From: Nitrospirota bacterium
GTDB lineage: Bacteria > Nitrospirota > UBA9217
DNA length: 64,000 nucleotides
Direction: 5' to 3'
Assembly: GCA_963790205.1 (NCBI GenBank)
Contig: CAWBNQ010000001.1
Location: forward strand, 1,120,001 to 1,184,000
Under the pieces are notes generated by a model. The model searched no databases. It was not told where the DNA came from and saw nothing but the letters and a program-made list of their open reading frames with translations. Shown here piece after piece: positions 16,266 to 26,257 of this stretch; positions within the stretch are counted from its first letter, which is position 1; each line of letters begins with the position of its first letter. Position numbers and translations under genes: made by a program.

Positions 16266-19200
16266 ATGGGAATTAAATTGCATGAACTGTTAATTAACAA
16301 GGATTCATCAAGCGTAAAAGCATATCTGCAGGAATTGCCCTCGCACGAAAAGGGGGATGCATTCGAAAAACTCCTCGCCGAGCTTTACCGGGGCAATGGC
16401 TGGCTCGTTTCGGTCCAGGGCGGTCGGGGCGACGAAGGCGCGGACATTCTTCTCTATCATCCCAAGTCTCCTCAGACCGTTTCCTTCATCGTTCAAGCCA
16501 AGAACCACGCAAAACCTCTCACCCTGGACCAGACTCGCATCGAGCTCATTAAATTTGAACAACAGGCGGCACCCCGCTACAAGTGTCAGCAGTTCCGTAT
16601 CGTCGCGATTAACGGTTTCGTTCAAGAGGCAGACAAACTGGGACAATTCAATATTCTGCTCGACTCCTGGAGCTATGTAGAATCTCTGCATAAACGTTAC
16701 GACCCGGGCATGAACGCAGAGCCCAAAATTGAGTTGTACGCTCACAACCGCGCAACATATGAGAATATCCAGGACCTTTGGCAGGATAATGATCATGTCG
16801 CAGTAATACAGGCCACCGGCACAGGCAAGAGCTTTCTGATCGCGCAGCCTTTGGCCGACTTCCAGGGTAAACGCAAGATCGTCCTCGCCCCGTCTCATTT
16901 CATACTCGACCAGCAGAAATCCAAGGCGCCTTGGGCCAATGAAAAAACTACATACTGGACCTATGCGGGCCTTGCGCAAAAGAGTGAAACTGCGGTTAAA
17001 GCCCTCAAGTGCGCCCTTATCGTGCTCGATGAGTTTCATCGGTGTGGTGCCGATGTGTGGGGCAAGAGTGTTCAGATGCTGCTCGATACTCATCCTGATG
17101 CAAAGGTCCTCGGTACAACAGCAACACCCATCCGCTACCTGGATGAGAACCGGAACATGGCTGAAGAGCTTTTCGACGGTGTGGTGGCAACAGAGCTTTC
17201 CCTTGCCGAAGCTATCGTCAAGCGTATCCTGCCAGCCCCGACGTACATTAGTGCCCTTTATACAATGGAAGAGGAGGTTCGCAATCTTCTCACTGATATA
17301 GAGGCAAGCAAAAGACCTGAAGAAGAAAAGGTGGCGCTTAGGGCTGAGATACAAGCTCTCAAAGTCGATTGGGAAAAGACCTCGGGTATACCCGAGATAC
17401 TAAAAAAACATCTGCCCTCTGGCATCAATAAACTGATAGTTTTTTGCAGAGACCAGCAGCATCTCGACGAGATGGAGATTGAGGTGCAGAAGTGGTTCCA
17501 GAAGGCCGGGGTGCACCATTTTAGGGAAAAGTATCGGGTCATTAGTGCAGACCCGGCGAGTAAGAAAAACCTGCAATGTTTCAAGGATGCTGACGACAAG
17601 GATACTGTACATCTACTCTTCGCCATCGATATGCTGAACGAGGGTTTGCATATACCTGAAGTCGGCGCAGTTATCCTCCTCAGGCCCACAGTGAGCCCTA
17701 TAATATTCTACCAGCAGATCGGTAGATGCATCGAGGTAGGCAAGGACCACACGCCGATTATTTTCGATTTGGTCAATAACTTCCAGAACCTCAGGGTGAC
17801 GGATTTTCTTGTAGATCTTCAAATAGCAAAAGAGGAAGAGAAGCGGAAGCGGTCAGCATTCGATTTGGAAGATTATGCTCCTGGAATCCACATAGAAGAA
17901 CTTACCCGGCCGATCGAAGCGATATTCGAGTCTATTTACGAGCGCCTTAGCCCATGGGAGACGCAATTTGCCGCGCTGCTAACATTCAAGGAAAAGCACG
18001 GACACTGCAATGTTCCTCAGTCCTATGCCGATAATCCTGCTCTCGGTACATGGGTTAATAATCAGCGTGCATTGAAGAAAAAGAATCGTTTGCCAAATGA
18101 CCGCATACACCGATTAGAGACAATCGGCTTCGTCTGGGGTCCGCTTGCTGATACTTGGGAGCAGATGTTTGTGATGCTTCTCGCATTCAAGGAAAAGCAC
18201 GGACACTGCAATGTCCCTCAGTCCTATACCGATAATCCTGCTCTGGGTCCGTGGGTTAATACGCAACGTGCATATAAGAAAAATAATCGATTGCCAGAAG
18301 ACCGCTTGCAACGGTTGGAGAAAACCGGCTTTATTTGGGATCTGCTCGATGACGCTTGGGAGCAAATGTTTTCTGAGCTCCACAAATTTAAGGAAAAACA
18401 TGGGCACTGCAATGTTCCTCAGACGTATGATGATAATCCTGCTCTCGGGACATGGAGCAACAATCAGCGTACATTGAAGAAAAAGAATCGATTGCCAGAA
18501 GGTCGTGTGCATCGTTTGGAGGAAATCGGCTTCATCTGGGGTCCGCGCGATGATGTTTGGGAGCAAATGTTTGCTGCACTTCGCGCATTTAAGCAAAAAC
18601 TGGGACACTGCAATGTTCCGACGGTTTATAACGATAATCCCGTTCTCGGCAGATGGGTTGATATGCAGCGCCAGATGAAGAAAAAGAATCGATTGCCAGA
18701 AGAACGTGTTCAGCTGTTGGAAAAAATCGGCTTCATTTGGGATCCGTACGATGACGCTTGGGAACAAATGTTTGCGGCACTTCGCACTTTTAAGGAAGAA
18801 CATGGACACTGCAAGGTTTCTAAGTCCTATGCCGAGAATCCTGCTCTTGGTACCTGGGTGGGTACGCAGCGTGTGCGAAAGAAACGACTGCCAGAAGACC
18901 GCGTACAGCGATTGGAGGAAATCGGCTTCATCTGGAATCCGTACGATGACGCATGGGAGCAAATGTTTGTTGCGCTTCGCACGTTTAAGCAAAAACAGGG
19001 ACACTGCAATGTTCCTGCGGTTTATGACGATAATCCTGTTCTCGGTAGATGGGTTAATACTCAGCGTTCGATGAAGAAAAAAAATCAACTGTCAGAAGAC
19101 TACATGCGGAGACTGGAAGACATCGGCTTCATTTGGGATCTGCTAGATGACGCCTGGGAGCAGATGTTTGCTGCACTTAGCACGTTTAAAAAAAATAATC

Positions 19201-19367
19201 GACACTGTAATGTTCCGGCTTTGTATACCGACAATCCTGTTCTCGGTTCATGGGTTAATAGGCAACGTTCGATGAAGAAAAAGAATCGATTGCCAGAAGA
19301 CCGCGTTCAGCGACTGGAGGAAATAGGATTTGCTTGGACTCTGCGAGAAATAAGTAAGAAGACGTGA
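16266..19367 (+). CDS. Mrr-like restriction endonuclease + SF2 helicase + 7 helicase-associated (HA) repeats
   Basis: GDAFEKLL...DEGADIL...VQAK (Mrr D..QxK). ATGTGKS, DEFH, TATP, MLNEGLH, QQIGR helicase motifs. Seven WEQMF..L..FK..HGHCNVP..LG.WV..QR..RLE.IGF.W units. Confidence 0.9.
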   Translation: MGIKLHELLINKDSSSVKAYLQELPSHEKGDAFEKLLAELYRGNGWLVSVQGGRGDEGADILLYHPKSPQTVSFIVQAKNHAKPLTLDQTRIELIKFEQQAAPRYKCQQFRIVAINGFVQEADKLGQFNILLDSWSYVESLHKRYDPGMNAEPKIELYAHNRATYENIQDLWQDNDHVAVIQATGTGKSFLIAQPLADFQGKRKIVLAPSHFILDQQKSKAPWANEKTTYWTYAGLAQKSETAVKALKCALIVLDEFHRCGADVWGKSVQMLLDTHPDAKVLGTTATPIRYLDENRNMAEELFDGVVATELSLAEAIVKRILPAPTYISALYTMEEEVRNLLTDIEASKRPEEEKVALRAEIQALKVDWEKTSGIPEILKKHLPSGINKLIVFCRDQQHLDEMEIEVQKWFQKAGVHHFREKYRVISADPASKKNLQCFKDADDKDTVHLLFAIDMLNEGLHIPEVGAVILLRPTVSPIIFYQQIGRCIEVGKDHTPIIFDLVNNFQNLRVTDFLVDLQIAKEEEKRKRSAFDLEDYAPGIHIEELTRPIEAIFESIYERLSPWETQFAALLTFKEKHGHCNVPQSYADNPALGTWVNNQRALKKKNRLPNDRIHRLETIGFVWGPLADTWEQMFVMLLAFKEKHGHCNVPQSYTDNPALGPWVNTQRAYKKNNRLPEDRLQRLEKTGFIWDLLDDAWEQMFSELHKFKEKHGHCNVPQTYDDNPALGTWSNNQRTLKKKNRLPEGRVHRLEEIGFIWGPRDDVWEQMFAALRAFKQKLGHCNVPTVYNDNPVLGRWVDMQRQMKKKNRLPEERVQLLEKIGFIWDPYDDAWEQMFAALRTFKEEHGHCKVSKSYAENPALGTWVGTQRVRKKRLPEDRVQRLEEIGFIWNPYDDAWEQMFVALRTFKQKQGHCNVPAVYDDNPVLGRWVNTQRSMKKKNQLSEDYMRRLEDIGFIWDLLDDAWEQMFAALSTFKKNNRHCNVPALYTDNPVLGSWVNRQRSMKKKNRLPEDRVQRLEEIGFAWTLREISKKT
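17955..19340 (+). repeat. Intragenic tandem repeat, 7 x 201 bp (one unit 195 bp)
   Basis: Unit-initial TGG codons at 17955, 18156, 18357, 18558, 18759, 18954, 19155. Confidence 0.95.
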
Positions 19368-19401
19368 CACGTTCGATAAAGGTTTACGTTTAAGTAAAAT
19401 G

Positions 19402-19430
19402 AAAAAGCCGGGCATAGTGCCCGGCTTTAA
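19402..19430. terminator. Probable bidirectional intrinsic terminator
   Basis: aaaaagccgggca-tag-tgcccggcttt between convergent ORFs. Confidence 0.75.
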
Positions 19431-19440
19431 ATTAGATGGT

Positions 19441-19704
19441 TCAATGTAGAAATTTCTTCTTAGACCATAGGAGAAAAATAATTGTTATCAACGATGCCAA
19501 TATTTTGATGCTATAATCCTCATTTTCAAAAATCGTTAAAAAGGCAATATGTTCTGCTTTATAAATGTACAGAGCCAAGTTCAGGAGAAGAACTCCTATC
19601 ATTGTTCTCCTGAGATCATCCGTCGAGGCAAATTCTATGCCCCAACCTTGGCCCCAATAAATCAAAATAACAAACAATTTGATCGATTGAGGCCGCCTTA
19701 TCAT
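19441..19704 (-). CDS. AT-rich small membrane ORF or gene remnant
   Basis: 87-aa hydrophobic ORF in low-GC DNA, ending at the terminator. Confidence 0.3.
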   Translation of the reverse strand: MIRRPQSIKLFVILIYWGQGWGIEFASTDDLRRTMIGVLLLNLALYIYKAEHIAFLTIFENEDYSIKILASLITIIFLLWSKKKFLH

Positions 19705-20100
19705 GGATTAACCTCTTGCCCATGTAGGCGGCAGTAGTCTTTGAACCATTTTTGTGCCTCCCTAGTTTTTGAATTAAACTTAAGGAAGTATTGTCAGCGA
19801 TTCCAAATGACCACTTATATGGTCAATGCATGTTCACCCCCTTTTCTGCGACAGAATATACTTCATTAAGAATTGCAACCACTATAAAGCAGAATCGTCA
19901 TCTTGTCAATTTTTTAAGTTTATTTAAGCTTTAAGATAAAATGGCAATAGTTACATGAAGATATGATTGGTGTCATCTTTCATTTATCATAAGCTGGTCT
20001 GCTTTCCGTTGTTCCGAAAATCAAGTCCGACCTTGCTTTTTCAACGATTTTAAGGTACTGTCTTTTCACCGAAAACGATTCATTTATTAGAGAAAACACC

Positions 20101-22305
20101 ATGTCCATCGAAAAGAAATTCGACATATCGTTCATCTCATCCCTTGCCCTGCGTGAAAAACAGATACAGCAGAATTACCGGCCCATCATCGCCGTGCATA
20201 AGTGGTTTGCGCGGAGGCCGGGGACGTTGTTTCGCGGGCTGATTCTTTCCGAGTTCGGAGACAAACCTCTCCGGGATACGTTCTATTCGTCCAACAATCT
20301 CTCCGGTCTTACGATACTCGATCCCTTCATGGGTGGCGGCACTCCTCTTCTTGAAGCGAACCGTCTTGGCTGTGATGTGATTGGCTATGACATCAATCCC
20401 ATGGCGTATTGGATTGTGCGGCAGGAGATCGAGCATCTGGACTTGCAGGCTTATCGCAAGGCGGCGGATGATCTCATCAAAGGGCTGGAGCTGGAGGTCG
20501 GGAGTTATTACAAAACGACCTGCCTTGAGTGCGGATCGAGAGCAGCCGATGTTAAGTACTTTCTCTGGGTAAAGCAACATACCTGCACTAGCTGCGGCAA
20601 GGCGAACGATCTCTTCCCTGGTTATCTTCTTTCTGAAGACAGACGGCATACGGAGAATGTGTATGTGTGCGCAGCCTGCGGCGAGCTTCACGGCGCAAAG
20701 GACCGGGCCAAACCGGGCAAATGCAAGTCCTGCGGAGAACGGATCGTCATCGAAGGTCCGGCGAAAAGAAGCAAATATGAATGCAAGCACTGCGGCAAAG
20801 CAAACTCATATTCATTCAAGCCTGAGCATCCGCCGATTCACCGGATGTATGCCATGGAGTATCACTGTAAAAAATGCAAATCGCAGCACGAGGGAAGGTT
20901 TTTTAAGAAGCCTTCGCGGATGGATCTGGCCAAATATACGGTGGCCTCAAACCGGTTGAGCAGTATGAAGACCTTGTTTGTGCCCGATGATGTGATATTG
21001 GGGGGCGATGAGACAGCACGGCTCCATCGATGGGGGTACCAGAAATATAATGAGATGTTCAATGCGCGTCAGCTTCTCGGGCTGGAGCTGAGCTGCCGTG
21101 TAATTGCGAAAATTACAAATGAGCGCGTGCGTAATGCGGTTGCTACCAATCTTTCGGACTTGCTTCGATATCAGAACATGCTTTGCAGGTATGATTCAAT
21201 GGCGCTTAAGTCCCTCGATATCTTTTCGGTCCACGGTTTCCCCGTCGGGCTTGTGCAGTGCGAGTCGAACATTCTTGGGATCGTTAACGGCGGCGGGGTG
21301 AACATCGGGAGCGGCGGGTGGGGCAACATCATCGACAAGTATTATAAGGCCAAAGCATATTGCGATGCGCCTTTTGAGATACGGCACGAAGGGGGACGCA
21401 AGATCCAGGTCCCTATCCCTGATGAATGGATCGGGGACCGGCGTAATGGGACTGTCCCTCTGAGCAAACGTCATGCCCGGCTTCATAGCCAAAGCTCCAT
21501 GGAGGCGGACATTCAACCTGGGTCAGTAGATGCTGTCTTTACCGATCCGCCTTATTACGGGAACGTGCAGTATGCTGAGCTGATGGATTTTTGTTACGTC
21601 TGGCTCCGGAAACTTATTGACGATCCTGCATTTAAACACCACACGACACGGGACCAGCAGGAGCTTACCGGCAACGTTAACATGGAACGGGGGCTCGATC
21701 ATTTCACCGAAGGACTGTCAAACGTGTTCCAGAAAATGGCCCTGGCCTTAAAGCCCGGCCACCCTTTAGCGTTCACCTATCATCACAACACTCTCGAAGC
21801 CTACTATCCGATCGCTATTGCCATGCTCGATTCAGGCCTGGTCTGTTCCGCGTCCCTGCCGTGCCCGGCCGAGATGGGGGCTTCGATCCATATCAGCGGG
21901 ACGGGATCATCCATTGTCGATACGGTCTTCGTTTGCCGGAGCACAGGCTCTGTGCCTTCCCAATGGCTCGCAAAGACCGCGGGCGCCCTTGCCGGGTTGG
22001 TGAAAGACGATATCGAAAAGCTGCGGAAAGCGGGTCTGAAAGAAACACGCGGCGATGTTCGGTGCATTATCTACGGACACCTTATCCGACTTGCTGTCTG
22101 GGACCTGCGCCACGGATGGGACAAGACGAAACCAACAAAGGAAAAAACAGCGGCAATCGCAGCGCAGATACAAGAGTTCGGAGGGTTATTAGCGGTCGAA
22201 GAGTCTTTAAGCGAGGGTATGGAGCAGCCGGCCTTGGTACGAACTTCCGCTGTCAGGGAAGAAACTCAAAAGTATGGAGCGAGCGACGATGAAATTTCCT
22301 TTTGA
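20101..22305 (+). CDS. DUF1156-type amino (N6A/N4C) DNA methyltransferase with Cys-rich insert
   Basis: HKWFARRP, DPFMGGG (motif I), TDPPYY (motif IV), several CxxC pairs. Confidence 0.9.
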   Translation: MSIEKKFDISFISSLALREKQIQQNYRPIIAVHKWFARRPGTLFRGLILSEFGDKPLRDTFYSSNNLSGLTILDPFMGGGTPLLEANRLGCDVIGYDINPMAYWIVRQEIEHLDLQAYRKAADDLIKGLELEVGSYYKTTCLECGSRAADVKYFLWVKQHTCTSCGKANDLFPGYLLSEDRRHTENVYVCAACGELHGAKDRAKPGKCKSCGERIVIEGPAKRSKYECKHCGKANSYSFKPEHPPIHRMYAMEYHCKKCKSQHEGRFFKKPSRMDLAKYTVASNRLSSMKTLFVPDDVILGGDETARLHRWGYQKYNEMFNARQLLGLELSCRVIAKITNERVRNAVATNLSDLLRYQNMLCRYDSMALKSLDIFSVHGFPVGLVQCESNILGIVNGGGVNIGSGGWGNIIDKYYKAKAYCDAPFEIRHEGGRKIQVPIPDEWIGDRRNGTVPLSKRHARLHSQSSMEADIQPGSVDAVFTDPPYYGNVQYAELMDFCYVWLRKLIDDPAFKHHTTRDQQELTGNVNMERGLDHFTEGLSNVFQKMALALKPGHPLAFTYHHNTLEAYYPIAIAMLDSGLVCSASLPCPAEMGASIHISGTGSSIVDTVFVCRSTGSVPSQWLAKTAGALAGLVKDDIEKLRKAGLKETRGDVRCIIYGHLIRLAVWDLRHGWDKTKPTKEKTAAIAAQIQEFGGLLAVEESLSEGMEQPALVRTSAVREETQKYGASDDEISF

Positions 22306-23317
22306 AGTTCCTTTCGAGGAAGTGCAGGCGGACCTGGACCAGTATGTAACAGCCGTGTTCTCCGGGCTGGAATCGGAATTTCTGACCATGCCCAAGGGGG
22401 CCGGGTTCATCGATTATCCGGTATTCGAGCAAGGCTATGAGGCCCTCAAGCAGGCGACAGCAGGGTTCCGCAACTTCACGCCCGAGGCTGTGAAGAGTTG
22501 TGTGCTCTCGAATCCCATATCCCTGATCGTCATTCGCACCATGCTGGGCTTTACTCCGCCGGAGTGGGCTTATGTGGCCTCGCAGCATGCGAAAATAGAC
22601 GTGCCCCAGAATTTCGTCCGCACTCTGGACAGGAAAGTCCGCGTGACCCCTCTCTCGCCGCTCAAGGCCAAGGGCGCGACAGCTGAGCGGCTGGAAGCAT
22701 TGGTGAACGTGGCGTGTTCATTGCTCTCGGCAGGCGTTCCATCCACGAGCCCTGACAGGCTTCATCGACTCGACAAGGCGGACACCAGGTCGGGGCTGGA
22801 CAGCATCAGGGCCATGGCGGATTTGGGCGCGCCTTATGCTATGCTCCTCTATGAGCGGTTCCTCGGCAGGCCCTTTGCCGGACATCGAGATTCGGTGAGC
22901 GAACTGATCGGCGACATTCTCGAATCGGCAATCGAGAACGTATTGCACAAAGCAGGCATTACGGCCAGGAAAACGAAGCGGGCTGAAAAAATCCAGGGCT
23001 TTGATCAGTCTCCGGATTTCATCATCCCGAGCGAGTTCAACCCGCAAATCATTATCGAAGCGAAGATCACAGAAGACGATGGAACGGCCCGCGATAAAGT
23101 TACGCGCATCCAGCATTTGGGCGAGCTGAGCATGGCAGGCCAGCCGAAGGGAAAACCGAAATATGAAGTCATCGCCTGCATAGCGGGCCGAGGGTTCGGG
23201 GTCCGCAGGGAAGACATGAAAAAGATGCTTCTCGCCACGCGAGGGAAGGTATTCACGCTGCAGAACCTGGATAAGCTTGTGGAATGTACAAGGCTGAAGG
23301 AATTCAAAACAAAGTAA
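22289..23317 (+). CDS. Putative type II restriction endonuclease (PD-(D/E)xK)
   Basis: GDILESAIE...SPDFIIP...IIIEAK. Overlaps the MTase stop. Confidence 0.75.
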   Translation: MKFPFEVPFEEVQADLDQYVTAVFSGLESEFLTMPKGAGFIDYPVFEQGYEALKQATAGFRNFTPEAVKSCVLSNPISLIVIRTMLGFTPPEWAYVASQHAKIDVPQNFVRTLDRKVRVTPLSPLKAKGATAERLEALVNVACSLLSAGVPSTSPDRLHRLDKADTRSGLDSIRAMADLGAPYAMLLYERFLGRPFAGHRDSVSELIGDILESAIENVLHKAGITARKTKRAEKIQGFDQSPDFIIPSEFNPQIIIEAKITEDDGTARDKVTRIQHLGELSMAGQPKGKPKYEVIACIAGRGFGVRREDMKKMLLATRGKVFTLQNLDKLVECTRLKEFKTK

Positions 23318-23553
23318 GGTGGCTGATAAGCCCTTCGCTCCGGCTCATCAGTTTTCAATTGCGTTATTCGTGCATTTATAGTAGTCTCACTTCACACGGG
23401 AGGCCCTTCTTTAGAGCAAGAGCGGTTTTACCGGCACGTCTTCCTCCTCCCCTTGCATGACCGCTTTACCCGATTTTTCTTTAAGAACGACCAGGAAGCA
23501 CTACCCGGTTTTTCGCGAATTCTGCTGCAGCTTTTTTGTCTCATCGTTGACTG

Positions 23554-24855
23554 ATGGAAGAGGAGCGTGTCGCAATGGCGAAAGGCATAGTGGTCGGAGA
23601 CGGGGCGAGGCTCGATTATGCGACCCTGCGCTTTCTGGACGATCCCGCGGTCGAGCGGGCCTTCCTCGACGACTATTACCGCAGGTCCATCAACCAGATG
23701 CGGATCGCCATTGTTCTGGCGATCGTGCTCACCGCGGCCTTCGGGTTCCGCGACGTGTGGATCACGCCGGCGGTGAAAGAGAGGCTCTGGTTCGTCCGCT
23801 ACGCGGTCATGTGTCCGTTCTTCCTTGCCGTGCTTCTCTTTTCATTTTCATCCTTTGCGAGACGTTTCATGCAGCTCGGCATCTCGCTCGGCATGCTTGT
23901 ATGCGGCCTCGGGATCATTGCGATGATCGTCATCGCTCCCGCCCCGGGGAATTACCTGTATTATGCCGGCTTGCTCATGATACCCATGTTCCCCCCGACC
24001 ATCAGGGTGCGGTTCATCTATTCAGCGGCCATATCGTGGACGATTATCGCAGCCTATGAGATTGCGGCGATCCGGTTCACCGACACCTCTCTGCCGGTTC
24101 TCATCAACAATAATTTCTTTTTGCTTACGTCCACGGCCATCGGCATGATCACCAACTATATGCTCGAACTGTATGCGCGCAAGAATTTCATCCAGCAGAT
24201 CCAGCTCGAAGAAGAGCGGGAAAAGTCCGAGCGTTTGCTGCTGAACATTCTGCCCGCCTCCATCGCCGAGCGGCTCAAGCAAAAGCAGGAGACCATCGCC
24301 GACGGGTTCGCCGAGGCCACGGTCCTGTTCGCCGACATCGCGGGGTTTACCCGGCTGGCAGCGAGCCGGTCTCCCCGGGAGGTCGTCGGCATGCTGAACG
24401 ACATCTTCTCCGAATTCGACCGCCTTGCCGAAAAACACGGCGTCGAGAAGATCAAGACCATCGGGGACGCGTACATGGCGGTTGCCGGGCTGCCGGTCAA
24501 CACGCCGGACCACGCGGCGGCAATCGTCGAGCTCGCGCTCGACATGCAAGACGCGGTCGCCCGGCGCGGCGCCGTTGGGGACGGGCCGATCTCTCTCCGC
24601 ATCGGGATCAACACGGGCCCCGTCGTGGCCGGCGTCATCGGAACGAAAAAATTCATCTACGACGTGTGGGGTGATACGGTGAATACCGCAAGCCGGATGG
24701 AGTCCCACGGGGTGGAGGGAGGGATACAGGTCACCGAAGAGACCTACCGGAGACTGAAGCACGCGTATCGTCTGGAGGAGCGGGGGCCCTTGAAGATAAA
24801 AGGCAAGGGAGAGATGCGCACCTACCTGCTCTCCGGGAGAATGGGCTCGGCATAA
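23554..24855 (+). CDS. Membrane-bound class III adenylate/guanylate cyclase
   Basis: About 6 TM helices. LLLNILP, FADIAGFT, KIKTIGDAYM, YDVWGDTVNTASRMES. Confidence 0.95.
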   Translation: MEEERVAMAKGIVVGDGARLDYATLRFLDDPAVERAFLDDYYRRSINQMRIAIVLAIVLTAAFGFRDVWITPAVKERLWFVRYAVMCPFFLAVLLFSFSSFARRFMQLGISLGMLVCGLGIIAMIVIAPAPGNYLYYAGLLMIPMFPPTIRVRFIYSAAISWTIIAAYEIAAIRFTDTSLPVLINNNFFLLTSTAIGMITNYMLELYARKNFIQQIQLEEEREKSERLLLNILPASIAERLKQKQETIADGFAEATVLFADIAGFTRLAASRSPREVVGMLNDIFSEFDRLAEKHGVEKIKTIGDAYMAVAGLPVNTPDHAAAIVELALDMQDAVARRGAVGDGPISLRIGINTGPVVAGVIGTKKFIYDVWGDTVNTASRMESHGVEGGIQVTEETYRRLKHAYRLEERGPLKIKGKGEMRTYLLSGRMGSA

Positions 24856-25104
24856 GCGCATGCTTGCCGCTGTTTTTATTCTGTGAACGGTGAAAACCCA
24901 GGGGGCGGGGCTGGGGTATGAGCAGGAGTACGGCGATACTCGAAGCAATTTTCAGTTTACAATTTATTGTCCCGGCTCGTCCGAGTCGGGTTGACACCTG
25001 GGCTTCATAACTATTTGACTTTTAAGGCCGTTGGCTATACTCTTTCGGGGTCTCAGCTTCATCCGCGGTGCGGGCTGCCTGCCATGATAAAAAAAGGAGC
25101 TGTC

Positions 25105-26097
25105 ATGCTTTCCTCGGAACGTCTCGTCACTGCCGTTCATGATCTTCTTCGCATTGCCCTCGTATCAATCCCCGCCCTGCTTCTGTCCTGCTCTTCCCAA
25201 CAGGAGAGCGAACAGATGTTCACCATCACGGCCGAAGAGCTGCAAACGCAGAAGCTCGCCTATTATTCAGATTACTTTTCCTTTATCGGCAGCGACGACC
25301 GGGGGATGGTCGCCTTTGCGCTGGACAACAACCGGGGACGGGACGGCGACTCGTGGCAGGCCGAGCACTTTGTGGCGCTGCACGATGAGAAGACGGGGTG
25401 GCAGGCCGTCACCGGCAGCGGCCCCTATTATAATGTTACGAGACAGCTCGAAACCATTCCTAACTCACCCGATTTTTCATTCGAGGGGACCGCAAACACC
25501 GGGCTGAAGATCCTCAGCGGAACGAATGTGCTCGAACTCAAGATCGCGCCGGAGAAGGTCCAGATCGCCGAGAAAAGGGGCCTGGCTGAATACCGTCTTG
25601 GTTCGGCGGAGGCGACCCTTCTCTGGAGGGAGCGAACGCTCACGGGCCGCGTCATTCACGAATATCTCTTCGTGCCCGCCTTTAACCGCCTGACCCGGAA
25701 ATACGCCGGCGAGTTCAGCGATTTTCACGGCATCTATGCCTCGATTCAGAATGTCGGCGACCTGTATATTCATACGCAGAAAAGCAGGTTCTTTTCGCCC
25801 CTGATCGCGAGGCAGGAAGGGTTCCTGTTCCTCAACGGGCGGGGATACCGTTTGTCGTCACTGGGCGTGAGCGTTCGAAAAACGTCCTTTGCCCCGGGAT
25901 TCTACCGGTGGCCGGCAGGGTGGGAGGGCAGTTTTGCGGCAGGTCTCGATCATTATGCGTTCACCGGCCGGATCACGGACAGAAAGACGATCAGCAACTG
26001 GGTGACCGGCGGCTTCGCCATGGGGATCGTGAAAGGGAGCCTGGTTTCCGCTCACGAGACATGGACGCTGTACGGTTTGGGAGAGCTGATCATGTAA
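25105..26097 (+). CDS. Hypothetical beta-rich protein, possible lipoprotein
   Basis: AAGGAG RBS, LLLSC lipobox-like motif. Confidence 0.65.
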   Translation: MLSSERLVTAVHDLLRIALVSIPALLLSCSSQQESEQMFTITAEELQTQKLAYYSDYFSFIGSDDRGMVAFALDNNRGRDGDSWQAEHFVALHDEKTGWQAVTGSGPYYNVTRQLETIPNSPDFSFEGTANTGLKILSGTNVLELKIAPEKVQIAEKRGLAEYRLGSAEATLLWRERTLTGRVIHEYLFVPAFNRLTRKYAGEFSDFHGIYASIQNVGDLYIHTQKSRFFSPLIARQEGFLFLNGRGYRLSSLGVSVRKTSFAPGFYRWPAGWEGSFAAGLDHYAFTGRITDRKTISNWVTGGFAMGIVKGSLVSAHETWTLYGLGELIM

Positions 26098-26257
26098 TCA
26101 TCGCCTTTTGAATTTCCCCCACTCCGCCGGGAGATGGCCGGGTCGGGGACTGTTTTACCTTCGCATTGCGAAGGCAGGTTGTCATGATGCCCGGGAATTT
26201 AAGGAGAGGTCCTGATTCCTTGATTTAAATCGAGCGCCTTTTCCGGAGAGAGCAGCC

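Noticed and set aside
17955..19340. Regular repeats as CRISPR or DGR template
   Set aside because: In-frame 201-bp coding units with no unique spacers, no reverse transcriptase, and differences not restricted to adenines.
13800..23400. Prophage, ICE or transposon
   Set aside because: No integrase, transposase, phage or conjugation genes and no tRNA att site seen.
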